Source: Glycera tridactyla (taxonomy: Eukaryota). From it: a DNA stretch of 64,000 bases. Below are positions 61,766 to 64,000 of this stretch, one piece after another. The notes under the pieces are model-generated. The model saw nothing but the letters and a program-made list of their open reading frames with translations. It was not told the origin of the DNA and did not search any database. A program made the position numbers and the translations under genes. The stretch is from assembly GCA_965644265.1 (NCBI GenBank), contig OZ286460.1, positions 98,952,001 to 99,016,000 on the forward strand, in the 5' to 3' direction. Positions within the stretch are counted from its first letter, which is position 1; every line of letters begins with the position of its first letter.

Positions 61766-63744
61766 ACGAAATTTGGTAATGGTGCATGTATCACAATTTG
61801 ATGTCATTATCATCATTTGACTGCAATCCAGTCACTGTGTGGAAATTAAAGTTTACCTATGGGTTTCCCATTTCCAAAATATTCTTTCATCAACTCTATC
61901 AGAGGAGAAATTTAGAAGAATCACTCGCAAAAATGAATACTCTCCCAAATTTGTGAAAGTTTGAGAAGTAAAATGAGCTGAAACTAGGCTTTCTGATCAA
62001 CTGACAAATCTACAATCTCTTGTCGGGTAAAATAAGTTTGAGCTTTTCACTCTCTCAAAATCCATTCCACTCTCCCAGGGATTAGGGCGTGTGGCTAAAT
62101 TCAAAGCAATCAGTCCTGACACAGTTCTTTCATTTGCTGAATACACTGTAAAGCTCAGCAGTGGATGGGGGGGGGGGAGTAGTTCATATTGCAATGAATC
62201 GTGTCTAAATATCTTCCATAATTTCGGACGCATACGCCTGAATCCAGAATCTCACCATACACGCGATACACATCATACAGTAAATGGACTATGAGCAAAG
62301 CCATACACCTTGATTCAGAATATCTGCCTACATATCCCTAGCATTCACCTAAAGGCACTGTTCTAGATATCTATGTGGTTGAAATGTGATATACTTACTT
62401 GGCCCAGTTGCTATAATTTTTTTAGATGATGACAAAAATACATAAGTCAATATGATTCAGGCCACTATCTTAGTGTTCAACTCATTACTGATATCTTATG
62501 TTCAAATCATGGCCTATTGGGGATTGTCTGGGAAACAATGATAAAAGTGGAATATCTGACTCATATTCCTCTCGATTTACACAGAATTTTCTAACAAATA
62601 TTCGATAACTGAAGTCCAATCTGCTAATAACAGATCAACCCCTCCCATGTCCCACAATTCCAAAAATTGGACATAACAAATTTCCTCATAAGACTGCTTC
62701 CAAGATATCATACAGTATCATAGATATTGGTTGACCAGAAATACTACAGATTCATGAGTATGCTGGAAACTCTATGATGATAGATATCAGATCCAAGCAG
62801 TTGACTCATGACTCAAATGCAGAATAAGATTTAGTACTTGTCAATTAATTTCATGATCAAATGAATGAGTGATTTATGAACAGATAAATATATACAGATA
62901 ACAAATATACTACTTTCGAGAATCGAGAATACTGCAAAAGGTCATGATGAAAGTGGAATGAACGGTAATCATTGTAGTAGAAATAAAACCAATTATTCTC
63001 TGTCACAGCTGATGCTTTCCAGTCCATACATATAATGTCCCAATCAATTGAATCAATCCCAGTTGTTTTATGTATGATTGCTATATACCGGTATCTGGAA
63101 ATATCAATGACAATGCCATCTATTTTGGATCACACCCAAAAAGTGAAATCAATTTCACTTCATGAATCAATGAATACAGGGCTAAAATATTGATTTCAAA
63201 ACCGTATTTCCTATGCATGGCAGCTAAGCCAGTGCCATGGCTTCCATTAAAAAATGAGAATTCTCCCATGAAAAAGAATCTCTTAAGATCATAAAAACTT
63301 GCATTGACCAGAAGAAGAAATATTCTGGCATATTAGTCATATTGTGGACACATTTCTGTCAAACACCTATTGGAGTTATGACTACAGAAGCTCTAAGTTA
63401 TGACACGCTCATACTACTTACTGATGGAACAATCTGAAAAGACGTTGGAAGAAACATGAATGTGGAGTACAATAAGTTGGAAGCCAGGATATAATGATGG
63501 TCGTCATGCTCTTGTATTTGTCTCTCGTATAAATGATCGCTGGATGTCAAATTCCAGTTGAGAATGATTCCTTTTTTTTCATAAATATCTATACTTGCTG
63601 GAACACCTTCATAAATGCATTCTGATTGGTCAACTGCACTTATTAGATTACAAGATATCAGCCAATCAGCATGTCCATATGAACAGATCATCATTCACTT
63701 TTCTTGAATGTCTGATATCCTTAATGTAGTCAGTATCATAATCA

Positions 63745-64000
63745 CCAAGAACGAATAATTTCCTGACACTAGTCACATCAAAATCACCAAGAATTTATTA
63801 TTTTCGAGGACCCCCTATTCAGAATCAGTAAGAATTTTCCAGCAAAAGTCAGAATGATAATCCCGCATATGCCTTATTTTCTAGCTCTAGTCACAATCAG
63901 AATCACCTAGAACCCCTAAATTTCTTGCACTAGTCGAAATCAAATCACCACGAACCCCTAACTTTTTGACACTAGTCAGGACGATAATCACCAATAATTT
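63745..64000. repeat. Degenerate tandem repeat of about 40-45 bp
   Basis: Recurrent ctagtca..aatcacc..gaacccct. Confidence 0.6.

Noticed and set aside
59878-64000. Search for the upstream RyR exons (repeat-3/phosphorylation loop)
   Set aside because: No segment with RyR similarity and compatible splice sites was found; these exons may lie in the gap or beyond the window.

Overview
This is AT-rich invertebrate (metazoan) genomic DNA with three N-gaps and no prokaryotic features. Almost the whole window belongs to one minus-strand ryanodine receptor (RyR) gene. I traced by hand 33 exon positions (59613 down to 1444, about 1416 aa), all with GT-AG boundaries and consistent reading phase. They run from the end of the RyR repeat 3-4 region through the bridging solenoid, calmodulin-binding helix, core solenoid and EF-hand pair to the thumb-and-forefingers (TaF) domain. 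The gene's 5' part and the pore exons were not found here. The main result is two tandem exon-duplication clusters in the ligand-sensing core. Four 80-nt paralogous exons (plus a possible fifth, degenerate one) each encode EF-hand 1, and exactly one must be used to keep the frame. Two 99-nt paralogous exons encode the TaF segment that carries ATP- and caffeine-contact residues in mammalian RyR1. Together they give at least 8 subunit isoforms, with positionally conserved GCAUG (Rbfox-type) motifs beside them. The introns also hold several MITE, SINE and Helentron-like repeat families, minisatellites and a candidate small spliced antisense gene. All homology calls come from my recollection of RyR and repeat sequences, not from a database search.
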